Notes under the pieces: model-generated
What the model was told of the DNA's origin: nothing
Database searches by the model: none
What the model saw: only the letters and a program-made list of their open reading frames with translations
DNA from: Escherichia phage JN02
Sequence record: MT782071.1
DNA: 64,000 bases
Direction: 5' to 3' (one strand)
In this document: in pieces, positions 1 to 7,864 of the stretch
Position numbering within the stretch: the first letter of the stretch is position 1
Layout: each line of letters begins with the position of its first letter
Made by a program: the position numbers and the translations under genes

Positions 1-17
1 TATTGTTTTAATTTATG

Positions 18-332
18 TTATTCTTTAGGGAAGTTTTTAGAGTATGCATCATAAAGTTTATTACCAATACGGCGGAAGACTTTAGCTGCAAAACGGTTTT
101 CAGGGTTTTTAATCATGATTTGCATCATGTAAGTTCCTGCATCCGAAAGAGCTTCTTCATAGTACCCGTTAATTTCTTTAAGAGTCCTACGTTTACCACC
201 AGGACCATCAACAGTAATTTTCCATTTACCTGTAGAAGTGCGGCTCGGTGGCTCAACTTGTTCAATCCAAATATAACCACCTTCAACGCGTTGGTTGGCG
301 GATTCTGCAATAAATTCTTTATACGTTTTCAT
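18..332 (-). CDS. Internal (capsid-packaged) protein candidate, 104 aa, N-terminus MKTYKEFIAE
   Basis: ORF in track; N-terminal decapeptide matches the T4 capsid targeting sequence (MKTYQEFIAE) cleaved by gp21 after IAE; sits next to denV/e as the ip genes do in T4. Confidence 0.6.
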   Translation of the reverse strand: MKTYKEFIAESANQRVEGGYIWIEQVEPPSRTSTGKWKITVDGPGGKRRTLKEINGYYEEALSDAGTYMMQIMIKNPENRFAAKVFRRIGNKLYDAYSKNFPKE

Positions 333-362
333 TTTTGTTTCCTTGTTTGTTTTGATAGAGTA

Positions 363-392
363 ATTATACCATATTAATACTTAAGCGTAAAC
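363..392 (-). promoter_or_regulatory. Early sigma70-type promoter (-35 GTTTAC, -10 TATAAT on minus strand)
   Basis: Minus-strand reading GTTTAC-N18-TATAAT, about 30 nt upstream of the ATG at 332. Confidence 0.5.
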
Positions 393-395
393 AAT

Positions 396-656
396 TTAAG
401 CTTTACCGCCAGAAATAATTCCGAAGTTGTTAAAATCGTATCCAATATCGTCAACATCTACTTTAGGGCTTGCTACAACATAAGCAATTTCACTACGTTT
501 TGCATAGGTGTTGATTTCTTTACCATCGCCACCTAAGAAAAAATACCCATTACGTTTTAATGAGCCAAAGTCTTCCGCATCACCAATGAAAGCTTTAACT
601 TTAAATTTAGGACCTTTGGCATCTGCTTCAGCGATAAATTCTTGATACATTTTCAT
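396..656 (-). CDS. Internal protein candidate, 86 aa, N-terminus MKMYQEFIAE
   Basis: ORF in track; capsid-targeting-like N-terminus; 6 nt downstream of denV stop. Confidence 0.6.
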   Translation of the reverse strand: MKMYQEFIAEADAKGPKFKVKAFIGDAEDFGSLKRNGYFFLGGDGKEINTYAKRSEIAYVVASPKVDVDDIGYDFNNFGIISGGKA

Positions 657-662
657 TTTTCC

Positions 663-1076
663 TTAGTAAATTGATTTACCATAGTATTTGTACCAAGTAG
701 GACGTTGAGCAATTTTTTCATCTAAGCGAGCTTGACTTATCGCAATGGATGCTTCGGACGGGACATAATTATTACGAAATTCTGCAGGGATGTCGGAAAT
801 ATCCTGGACAGTCGTGTCCTTGATTTTGAAACCACGTTTCACGCATTCAGCGATTAGCTCGATTTGACGTAAACGTAAAAATTCGAGTTTGTCGTAAAAG
901 AATGTTACGTGACCTGTGCCTAAGATAAATGTTGGAGAGATTTTAAAATCCTTTACACGTTTACCGTTTTGAACATGTTTACGGACTGCACCAAATACGC
1001 GTGGTAATTCACGATACTCAGCCATAAGATGTTGGTCGGTCAGTTCAGAAACAAGTGTTAAATTGATACGAGTCAT
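663..1076 (-). CDS. denV: Endonuclease V (pyrimidine dimer DNA glycosylase/AP lyase)
   Basis: Translation from [12 protein letters not shown] is near-identical to T4 DenV as I recall it; 137 aa from that Met (ORF track begins 4 codons earlier at 1088). Confidence 0.93.
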   Translation of the reverse strand: MTRINLTLVSELTDQHLMAEYRELPRVFGAVRKHVQNGKRVKDFKISPTFILGTGHVTFFYDKLEFLRLRQIELIAECVKRGFKIKDTTVQDISDIPAEFRNNYVPSEASIAISQARLDEKIAQRPTWYKYYGKSIY

Positions 1077-1103
1077 AATTTCCTCCAAGTAGTTGATGAA
1101 TGT

Positions 1104-1133
1104 ATAGTATCAAAGTCCTTGGAGGAAGTAAAC
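1104..1133 (-). promoter_or_regulatory. Early promoter cassette (-35 GTTTAC, -10 TACTAT) with inverted repeat around the -10
   Basis: Minus-strand GTTTAC-N18-TACTAT; cctccaag / cttggagg inverted repeat flanks the -10. Confidence 0.5.
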
Positions 1134-1134
1134 A

Positions 1135-1416
1135 CTATTTTTCTGAAGCTCCTGAAATATATTTTTCAAGACGTTGTTTCATCAGCGAGCCGTTCTTAGC
1201 GATTTCTTCCGGTTTATCGCACATACGTAACAAGGCTTCAAGCTTAGCGATATCGCTGGTACGTTCAAATTTGCGAGTATCTATCTTACTAGCAAGTTCA
1301 GAAATACGTGCTAATAGACTTTCGGCTTCAACCAAAGCTGCACCTAGCTTAGTTGCAAATGTGTCAGTAGCTTCGTTAAGAATAGATTCTGATAAAAATT
1401 CACTATATGTTTTCAT
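1135..1416 (-). CDS. Internal protein candidate, 93 aa from [10 protein letters not shown]
   Basis: ORF track 1135..1431; internal Met gives a capsid-targeting-like N-terminus; overlaps start of e by 4 nt. Confidence 0.55.
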   Translation of the reverse strand: MKTYSEFLSESILNEATDTFATKLGAALVEAESLLARISELASKIDTRKFERTSDIAKLEALLRMCDKPEEIAKNGSLMKQRLEKYISGASEK

Positions 1417-1901
1417 ATATACGCTTTCCAAGTTCCTGTTTTAAATGTTGAGATTACGCGTTTCGCGCGATTAGGTGTCTGACGATACCATTTAGATTGG
1501 GCTAGATTTACTGCCGCTTCATCCCAACGTTTCTGTTGAAGCATACGAAGAGAATTAGTAAAACCAGCGACGCCTGCTACACCCATTTGGAAGACCATAT
1601 TGACCAATGCACATCGACGAACAGCATCTAAAGAATCATATACCGGTTTAAGTTTAGCATTACCTAAGATTCCGCGAACGGCTTTATCAACGTCTTCATT
1701 AAATAGCTTTTCAGCCTCATCAAGGGTAATTGTACCGTTGCATTTACGGCCGATCATTCTGTCAAGTTCAGCTTTAGCTACGGCTAAAGACGGGTTCTTT
1801 GTTACTAAATGGCCTATGCCAATCGTCCAAAAGCCTTCAGTGTCTTTGTATAAAGTCAGTCTAAGACCTTCGTCATTACGAAGCATTTCAAATATATTCA
1901 T
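1413..1901 (-). CDS. e: Lysozyme (endolysin), T4 e-type, 162 aa
   Basis: [32 protein letters not shown]... closely matches T4 lysozyme; start taken at MNIF, 4 codons into the track ORF. Confidence 0.95.
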   Translation of the reverse strand: MNIFEMLRNDEGLRLTLYKDTEGFWTIGIGHLVTKNPSLAVAKAELDRMIGRKCNGTITLDEAEKLFNEDVDKAVRGILGNAKLKPVYDSLDAVRRCALVNMVFQMGVAGVAGFTNSLRMLQQKRWDEAAVNLAQSKWYRQTPNRAKRVISTFKTGTWKAYI

Positions 1902-1935
1902 AATACCTCCCACGTTTATAGGAGGTATTTATTAC

Positions 1936-2394
1936 TTATAGGATGGTAGTGAGCACCTTATATAATGATTTGCCCATTACATATTCCCATTGAGAAGGTT
2001 TAATTAAAGCGAATGCATCAAATTCAGGAATCTGTCGTCCGTCTGGGAATGTATGATAGGAATTACAAACACTGTTTCTGAATTGCTCGTGCTCTACAGG
2101 GATGGTATATAGGAACAGATGAATATTCTTATTGTCTGAGTAATGATGTTCACCTAGGTCTTTCAGGAAGGCAGGGTCGTATTGTGTAAACCCAGTTTCT
2201 TCTTCGCATTCACGAATAGCGGCTTCGATAGGAGATTCACCAGGCTCGACACGACCTTTAGGAATATCCCACCGATGAGCTAAAGAACCTTTAGGACGAG
2301 AACCAGTTACACGCCCCATGAATAATTCTTTATCTTCGGTAAGGAAAATAATACCGGCTGATAGTTCTTTCACTTTATTTTTCTTACTCATCAT
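1936..2394 (-). CDS. nudE: Nudix hydrolase
   Basis: Nudix box GRVEPGESPIEAAIRECEEETG; about 152 aa; directly downstream of e as in T4 (e.1). Confidence 0.85.
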   Translation of the reverse strand: MMSKKNKVKELSAGIIFLTEDKELFMGRVTGSRPKGSLAHRWDIPKGRVEPGESPIEAAIRECEEETGFTQYDPAFLKDLGEHHYSDNKNIHLFLYTIPVEHEQFRNSVCNSYHTFPDGRQIPEFDAFALIKPSQWEYVMGKSLYKVLTTIL

Positions 2395-2635
2395 CTCGGT
2401 CCCATGATTTGGCCATTAATTCGGACATAAATTCTTCAATGCGCGTTTCTTTAGATGGACTTTCACTATTAGAGACCGCAAGTTTGTAATCTGCAATAGG
2501 ACAGAACATATCAAGGTCCATATTAAGGTCGTCTTTGATTTTTTCTTCTGACACATCTTTATCGTATGTGTACAGATAGCTATCACATGATTCTGATTTA
2601 ATGTAAATTGCTATACTCATCTCAAATTCCTGCAT
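2384..2635 (-). CDS. Hypothetical protein (83 aa; may start at internal Met at 2620)
   Basis: ORF in track; AGGA Shine-Dalgarno 7 nt upstream of the internal ATG. Confidence 0.45.
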   Translation of the reverse strand: MQEFEMSIAIYIKSESCDSYLYTYDKDVSEEKIKDDLNMDLDMFCPIADYKLAVSNSESPSKETRIEEFMSELMAKSWDRDDE

Positions 2636-3108
2636 TCGGTAATAAAACGTTCAACTTCATTATTCTTGGCTTTTATCTTGTCTTTACGTTCCTGTAAACT
2701 ACTTTTAACAAGATTAATAATGATGCCTATAGTACCTCCACCAATAATACCACCAACAACACTTATGATACTAGATGCTAATAAGATAGCAATAATATCA
2801 ACAAAACCGAAAGAACTCACCTTAGTACTGAAAAACCATACCGACGGTACAAATATAATCCATCCTGTTATCCATTGGCACTTATTGAAAAACTTTTCAA
2901 GCTCAGCTTGAGTTGTTCGTATTACTTCATCGATAGGTTGATATCCATTAATGTATCTGTTCACGATAATACCTGCTGGCTGGTCGATTTTAAATTCTTG
3001 ACAAATATGTTTCACTAAGTAGGATGGACATCCTGTCCAATCTACTGAATAGTATGAAATACCTTCATTGCCATCGTCTATATTAGACCAATATGTTTTG
3101 TTAATCAT
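2617..3108 (-). CDS. Hypothetical membrane protein, 163 aa, C-terminus ...ERFITECRNLR
   Basis: ORF in track; hydrophobic helices (FVPSVWFF..., IISVVGGIIGGGTIGIIINL); C-terminal F-I-x-E-C-R motif. Confidence 0.55.
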   Translation of the reverse strand: MINKTYWSNIDDGNEGISYYSVDWTGCPSYLVKHICQEFKIDQPAGIIVNRYINGYQPIDEVIRTTQAELEKFFNKCQWITGWIIFVPSVWFFSTKVSSFGFVDIIAILLASSIISVVGGIIGGGTIGIIINLVKSSLQERKDKIKAKNNEVERFITECRNLR

Positions 3109-3794
3109 TACCAGCCTTCCATAGGGAATTCCAGATAAACTTGAGCATTGACACGAATTTCATTGGTAATCTTTTTAACTCGGTCTGTATTACGAGATAC
3201 ACGTCCGAACCAACGCCATCCATTACTAATTGCACGAGAACCAGTGTGCCATGTTTGCCAATCAAACTGAAGAAGAGTACGGTCCGGAGCTTCCCATTTC
3301 TCTAGTTCACCTTTTTCAATTTTTTCTAGGACTTCTTTGTGCCACTGGCGATAGATAAGTTCGCCATCAGGAATCTGACTGAACTCTGCAGTTCCTGTTG
3401 CAAAATGAGTAGGACACACATCAGCGTTAACAAGACCAAGAATATGTTCAGACAAATAGCGAGGATTGTCATAATCAGGTTGTCCTGCAGTAATAAAGTG
3501 TTGACCAACTGGAATATCAGGGCGTGGTACGTCATCATGGTGATATCCAGGAATAGCAGGATACCAACCAGGCATCAGCATGTGGACTCGTGAATCAAAT
3601 ACAACCTGGTCAGTGTTCCAATCATCTGGCAAGTTCATGATGAAGCTACGAGTAATTGGGCCGCCATTATTAAAAGCAAAATTCAAATCGCAGTTAAAGA
3701 ACATAGGCTCGTTTTTAATCCGATCGTTTTTAATCGCATGAGCAAAACCACCTACTGCACGAGCTTGACTATTAAACACTTTAGAACTATTCAT
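3108..3794 (-). CDS. Hypothetical protein, 228 aa
   Basis: ORF in track, tightly packed in the minus-strand operon. Confidence 0.6.
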   Translation of the reverse strand: MNSSKVFNSQARAVGGFAHAIKNDRIKNEPMFFNCDLNFAFNNGGPITRSFIMNLPDDWNTDQVVFDSRVHMLMPGWYPAIPGYHHDDVPRPDIPVGQHFITAGQPDYDNPRYLSEHILGLVNADVCPTHFATGTAEFSQIPDGELIYRQWHKEVLEKIEKGELEKWEAPDRTLLQFDWQTWHTGSRAISNGWRWFGRVSRNTDRVKKITNEIRVNAQVYLEFPMEGW

Positions 3795-3795
3795 A

Positions 3796-4101
3796 TTATT
3801 TTCCTCGACATTCTTTAATGAAATTTTCTAGATTGGTAGATTCAATAGCTTTTTTACGAGCTTCCGCGTGTTCTTCTTCGGACAATTTACGTTTATAATT
3901 GACCCAGACATTATGGTCGAAACCAGTCGTGGCATATAATAACAATGCTCCAACGAATAGCAAAAACGGCGATAAGAATACAAAACCAGGAACACCATCC
4001 ATATCGTAAGCCTTTTGTAATACTGCAACAGAAAGGGTTGCGTAAAAAGGCGATGCAAGTATTGTTAAAAGACCGATTCGATTGGTTTCTGTTAATTTCA
4101 T
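3796..4101 (-). CDS. Hypothetical small membrane protein, 101 aa, C-terminus ...ENFIKECRGK
   Basis: ORF in track; two hydrophobic segments; shared C-terminal motif. Confidence 0.55.
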   Translation of the reverse strand: MKLTETNRIGLLTILASPFYATLSVAVLQKAYDMDGVPGFVFLSPFLLFVGALLLYATTGFDHNVWVNYKRKLSEEEHAEARKKAIESTNLENFIKECRGK

Positions 4102-4126
4102 AATATTCTCCTCAAGTTGATAGGAC

Positions 4127-4156
4127 TACTATAACATGGCCCTATCAGTTTGTACA
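4127..4156 (-). promoter_or_regulatory. Early promoter cassette (-35 GTACAA, -10 TATAGT) with flanking inverted repeat
   Basis: ttgataggactactataacat element between ORFs. Confidence 0.5.
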
Positions 4157-4157
4157 C

Positions 4158-4358
4158 TTATTTTGACATTTCTTCGATGTCACGACGATACCCATCACGA
4201 ACTTCACGAAGAGCTTCAAGGCCACACATAGGCTCGATACCAGTAATGTGAACTTGATTAATCTGATACTCTACATCTTCTAACTGAGCGAAAACATAAC
4301 GACGTTCTGCTGCACAACCAGGTTTAGCTTTACCGAAACGTTTATTCAAAGTAGTCAT
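4158..4358 (-). CDS. Hypothetical protein, about 66 aa
   Basis: ORF track 4158..4376; internal Met (MTTLNKRF) has GGAG Shine-Dalgarno 8 nt upstream. Confidence 0.45.
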   Translation of the reverse strand: MTTLNKRFGKAKPGCAAERRYVFAQLEDVEYQINQVHITGIEPMCGLEALREVRDGYRRDIEEMSK

Positions 4359-4396
4359 TTTTATATCTCCATTCACTCATTTGTTTTGATAGGTCT

Positions 4397-4426
4397 ATAG
4401 TATCAACAACTACAGACCTTGTAAAC
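4397..4426 (-). promoter_or_regulatory. Early promoter cassette (-35 GTTTAC, -10 TACTAT)
   Basis: Minus-strand GTTTAC-N18-TACTAT; ggtctatag / ctacagacc inverted repeat. Confidence 0.5.
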
Positions 4427-4438
4427 TGTTTTGTGAAA

Positions 4439-5395
4439 TTATTTGAAAGGTTTTACCATATGGAAATTTTGTTTGAAACGTTTTACGTAATCGTTGTGTC
4501 CTAAGCTTTGGTACATACTTACAACTTTGCTGTAGTTTTCCCAGGCGTATTCACGGAACCAACCGGAGGTGATGCTTGTGCAGACTTTTTCTAATGCCAT
4601 CATGAAACTGGCTTCAGGGTTAATTTCAAAGTTATTAGGAATCTGAGAACGTTCTAACGCTAGTACACATGATTCTTCGTATACACCGGCCAATTTGACC
4701 ATTTCTGGTAATGATTCGAACTTCTCGCGTGAGGTCATGACTTCAGAACCATCTTTCATATAAAATGTATACGCTGGACGGTCTGTTAGCGCAATGGCTT
4801 CATGAATAGTATCATGGTCATATGTATAGATGTCATCTTTAAAGAACGCACTTTTAGAAGTGTCAAGAACTGGGTGAGCATAGTTCAAGGTTTCTTTCTG
4901 GCGTTTCAGCATAATTTCAGTAAGTTCATCGTTCAGTGTAACACCTTTACCACGAAGATACTGAATATGGTTCATAGTCTTTAAAAAGAATGGATTATTT
5001 TTCTTGAAACGATGAGACATCTTAATTGCAAGACATATCTCAGGAGTTGCCCAATAAAACCCGTTCAAACGGTCTTTAGTCAAATTTTTCTTGGCGTATT
5101 TTAAAAGGTCATAAGAAGACGTGAAATCTTCAGGAGTGAGTTCACCTACTAATTCACGGACATTAGTGATTGCCGGAACAATATATGCTTCAAAATGAGT
5201 TTCGCGTCCATTATGGAAGCATTTGAAAACTTGGACATCAGGGTTATCTTGATGAACATATACACCCATCATTTGATTTTTGAATGCATTCCAAGAACCT
5301 TGGTCTGCAATAAAGTCCCAGTCACTATTTTTGATAGCGTTAGAATCAATAAGACCGTGATAGTGAAGTGCACGAGAACCAATAACTAACATCAT
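4439..5395 (-). CDS. Hypothetical protein, 318 aa, with possible nucleotidyltransferase-like N-terminal motif
   Basis: ORF in track; N-terminal VIGSRALHYHG...SDWDF resembles the G[SG]...DxD signature of Pol-beta-like nucleotidyltransferases (weak, by eye only). Confidence 0.55.
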   Translation of the reverse strand: MMLVIGSRALHYHGLIDSNAIKNSDWDFIADQGSWNAFKNQMMGVYVHQDNPDVQVFKCFHNGRETHFEAYIVPAITNVRELVGELTPEDFTSSYDLLKYAKKNLTKDRLNGFYWATPEICLAIKMSHRFKKNNPFFLKTMNHIQYLRGKGVTLNDELTEIMLKRQKETLNYAHPVLDTSKSAFFKDDIYTYDHDTIHEAIALTDRPAYTFYMKDGSEVMTSREKFESLPEMVKLAGVYEESCVLALERSQIPNNFEINPEASFMMALEKVCTSITSGWFREYAWENYSKVVSMYQSLGHNDYVKRFKQNFHMVKPFK

Positions 5396-5423
5396 AATAT
5401 TTTCCTCGGATTAATTCATTAAC

Positions 5424-5663
5424 TTAAATTTCACGACATGCGATATTATATTCATCCCAGAGGTCATCATGTGAAGCCTCTACCAATGGAACGATTGTAC
5501 CATTTATGTCTTCATTATAAGGGCAAATTGTGCAGTGTGCATCTTCAAATCGGATGCCTTTGTGTTCAGATTTTTTATAACGCATATCGAATATCTTTGC
5601 AAACTTTTCACGAGTAACGGTTTTAGCAACCACTTCGGTTCCAATACTTTCGTAATAAATCAT
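5424..5663 (-). CDS. Hypothetical protein, 79 aa
   Basis: ORF in track; GGAG Shine-Dalgarno; early promoter immediately upstream. Confidence 0.5.
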   Translation of the reverse strand: MIYYESIGTEVVAKTVTREKFAKIFDMRYKKSEHKGIRFEDAHCTICPYNEDINGTIVPLVEASHDDLWDEYNIACREI

Positions 5664-5691
5664 TGTGGACTCCGTTTAATTTGATAGGACT

Positions 5692-5721
5692 ACTATAACA
5701 TAGTCCTATCTTGTTGTAAAC
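5692..5721 (-). promoter_or_regulatory. Early promoter cassette (-35 GTTTAC, -10 TATAGT) with perfect 9-bp inverted repeat around the -10
   Basis: gataggact...tatagt...agtcctatc. Confidence 0.55.
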
Positions 5722-5725
5722 TGTT

Positions 5726-5923
5726 TTAGCAAGAATAACTAGATGATACCCAGCCTTGAACAGTGATACTATTGTTGGATAATGATATCGCGTTCTGGAG
5801 ATTCAGACCTGCGTTATCTTCAATCCATAATGTAACTTCTTCGCGTTCTTCTGTTGCAATTTGGAACAGGTTTTCCAGGGCAGCTACTGCCGTACGTACA
5901 GCACAATCTAATTCACGAGACAT
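5726..5923 (-). CDS. Hypothetical small protein, 65 aa, paralog family member (C-terminus GWVSSSYSC)
   Basis: ORF in track; shares C-terminal motif with the two upstream ORFs. Confidence 0.5.
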   Translation of the reverse strand: MSRELDCAVRTAVAALENLFQIATEEREEVTLWIEDNAGLNLQNAISLSNNSITVQGWVSSSYSC

Positions 5924-5932
5924 ATGATTTCC

Positions 5933-6205
5933 TTAGCAAGTGTGAGAAGATGCAATCCAACCACCAGTTTCGAGGCTCAGGTTGTAGTCGTATTGGTAAA
6001 CGTCGGCCCATTCAGCATAGCCGTTTTTTGTACAACGTTCAAGATCGGCTTTAAGCTGTCCGGGTGAATGATAAGTTCCACCCATACCATAAGCTGGATA
6101 CAAGTCGAATGTTGTGTTTTGTTTATCAGCGATTTCTTTGGCAGCCTCAATAGCTGCATAGATTTTTGCTACAGCTTCAGCCAGTTCGGTTTGTTCTTTA
6201 GACAT
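5933..6205 (-). CDS. Hypothetical small protein, 90 aa, paralog (C-terminus GGWIASSHTC)
   Basis: ORF in track. Confidence 0.55.
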   Translation of the reverse strand: MSKEQTELAEAVAKIYAAIEAAKEIADKQNTTFDLYPAYGMGGTYHSPGQLKADLERCTKNGYAEWADVYQYDYNLSLETGGWIASSHTC

Positions 6206-6214
6206 AATGATTCC

Positions 6215-6520
6215 TTAGCACAAAGCAGAAGACGAAACCCAAGCACCTTCAGTAATAACGTAACCATTACCTTCACGCTTAACATCGCCACCATTATTTT
6301 CAATTTCATTTTTCATCCACTGGGATACGATTTCACCCTTAGGATAATAAGTACGACCGCTACCATAATCACCTACAGAAAATGATACGGCATATTGGTC
6401 TGCGATCTTTGTTGCTTCTTCTTCGATACGTTCAGCTTGATTCAGAAGTTTATAAATTGCATCTGAAGCGGATTTGGCATCGTTAAACTCTGGTACTTTA
6501 ATTTCAATAATCTTACTCAT
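6215..6520 (-). CDS. Hypothetical small protein, 101 aa, paralog (C-terminus GAWVSSSALC)
   Basis: ORF in track; start overlaps upstream stop (ATGA). Confidence 0.55.
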   Translation of the reverse strand: MSKIIEIKVPEFNDAKSASDAIYKLLNQAERIEEEATKIADQYAVSFSVGDYGSGRTYYPKGEIVSQWMKNEIENNGGDVKREGNGYVITEGAWVSSSALC

Positions 6521-6876
6521 TTTCTACATTCCTTAATAAAGTTTTCGATTGTTTCATTTTCACGTTTAGCTAGAAGTTCATTATAACTAACCATTTGAGA
6601 AGCGTAAACCTTTTTATTTTTCTTGTTATGGTTTATAAAATCGTAGTAAAAATAGACTACAGTACAAAATGATGCGATGGATGCAAAGGCTTGGGTATAC
6701 CGTAAGTCCTGCCATTGGTCTGTGAATCCATCGGTGTTCCCTATAAATCCTAACACAACGCCGTCAATAAGAAATCCAACTAATCCAAAGGCAAATCCCA
6801 TGCCAATACTCATAATAAAAATTAGAATGTTCTCACCAAGAGAAGGCCGTACGGTTAAGAGTTGAGGCTTTTGCAT
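6517..6876 (-). CDS. Hypothetical membrane protein, 119 aa, C-terminus ...ENFIKECRK
   Basis: ORF in track; hydrophobic segments; shared C-terminal motif. Confidence 0.55.
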   Translation of the reverse strand: MQKPQLLTVRPSLGENILIFIMSIGMGFAFGLVGFLIDGVVLGFIGNTDGFTDQWQDLRYTQAFASIASFCTVVYFYYDFINHNKKNKKVYASQMVSYNELLAKRENETIENFIKECRK

Positions 6877-7250
6877 CTTATTTCCTTAACGAATTCCATA
6901 GCTTCTTCGTATTCATACTTTTTAACAGCTTCATTATACTGAGCTTGGGCTTTTGCGCACTGAACTTTCCATTCTCTTAATCGGGCTCTGTGATGACGTC
7001 CTTGGTACCAATATCCTACCCAATTAATAGGCATTAATAAAAACGGTACAATAAGTGGTGCGACGAACATTAATGAAAATGTTGCGTCAGACGATATAAC
7101 TTCACTAGAATCTAAAACAGCTCCTATAATCATAAAGATTAAAAATGCTAAAGCTAAAATAGGGCCAAATAGTACTTCGTTTGGGATTAATTTACGCTTG
7201 TATTCATATGCCCAGGGCTTACTTGGCATGTACAGGGTTGGCTTTGACAT
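6855..7250 (-). CDS. Hypothetical membrane protein, about 131 aa (start uncertain), C-terminus ...EFVKEIRCKSLNS
   Basis: ORF track 6855..7280; start probably an internal Met to avoid long overlap with the upstream gene. Confidence 0.45.
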   Translation of the reverse strand: MSKPTLYMPSKPWAYEYKRKLIPNEVLFGPILALAFLIFMIIGAVLDSSEVISSDATFSLMFVAPLIVPFLLMPINWVGYWYQGRHHRARLREWKVQCAKAQAQYNEAVKKYEYEEAMEFVKEIRCKSLNS

Positions 7251-7815
7251 ATTCTCTACATTCCATAATAAATTGCTCAAGGATTAAATTGTTAGTGAAA
7301 TTAGGACTAACAACCATAGTTTCATAAAGCGCATCAATAGCACTTAAAGCATCAACTCTTTTAAGCAAAGGCTTGCCTTCATACATAGTTTCAGAATCGA
7401 TGATTAACGTAAAGTAATATTTTTTATTATCGACTAGAACTTCTGTATCGATATAAAACATATTAGACCTCAGAAGCTTATCTCTAAAACCATAATAATC
7501 TTCAGAGCGTTCGCTGATATATTCCAATTCAGTGTTTAAACAACAAACAGACCACGTAGGAGCAACGAAATCAGTGAATCTAATATCATGGTCTGCAACT
7601 AGTTTAGCAATAGCTCCGATATCATGAATCATAATACCTGGGGCTAATAAAGATTTTCGGTTATTTGCATATTCAGTTGTCTCATAAGAAGACGACCAGT
7701 ACCATTTACGTCCAGTTGCAACATATCGTAATGAATCAACTAAAGACGTAGGTGGATTTACCTTATTTCGGAACTCTTCGAACATTGAGTCAATATCATT
7801 ATTTTGGTTTCGCAT
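7219..7815 (-). CDS. Hypothetical protein, about 198 aa, containing ...EQFIMECREY... near the C-terminus
   Basis: ORF track 7219..7836; Met at 7815 has GGAG Shine-Dalgarno 6 nt upstream. Confidence 0.5.
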   Translation of the reverse strand: MRNQNNDIDSMFEEFRNKVNPPTSLVDSLRYVATGRKWYWSSSYETTEYANNRKSLLAPGIMIHDIGAIAKLVADHDIRFTDFVAPTWSVCCLNTELEYISERSEDYYGFRDKLLRSNMFYIDTEVLVDNKKYYFTLIIDSETMYEGKPLLKRVDALSAIDALYETMVVSPNFTNNLILEQFIMECREYVKANPVHAK

Positions 7816-7832
7816 GTTAACTCCTTTATTAT

Positions 7833-7856
7833 CCAAAAGGAGGACCGGAGTCCTCC
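7833..7856 (-). terminator. Rho-independent terminator (stem ggaggac / gtcctcc, tetraloop, T-tract on minus strand)
   Basis: Hairpin followed by TTTTGG on minus strand, downstream of ORF 7865..8473. Confidence 0.5.
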
Positions 7857-7864
7857 GTATTATT

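Noticed and set aside
15-377. Plus-strand 120-aa ORF at the window start
   Set aside because: Lies antisense to the capsid-targeting-sequence gene 18..332, has low-complexity Phe/Asn-rich composition and no ribosome-binding site; a shadow ORF.
1902-1935. Late promoter for e (TATAAACG / AATAAATA variants)
   Set aside because: Neither matches TATAAATA exactly; left unannotated.
1100-1941. Plus-strand ORFs 1100..1444 and 1600..1941
   Set aside because: Antisense to the internal-protein gene and to lysozyme e, whose identities are secure; no start context.
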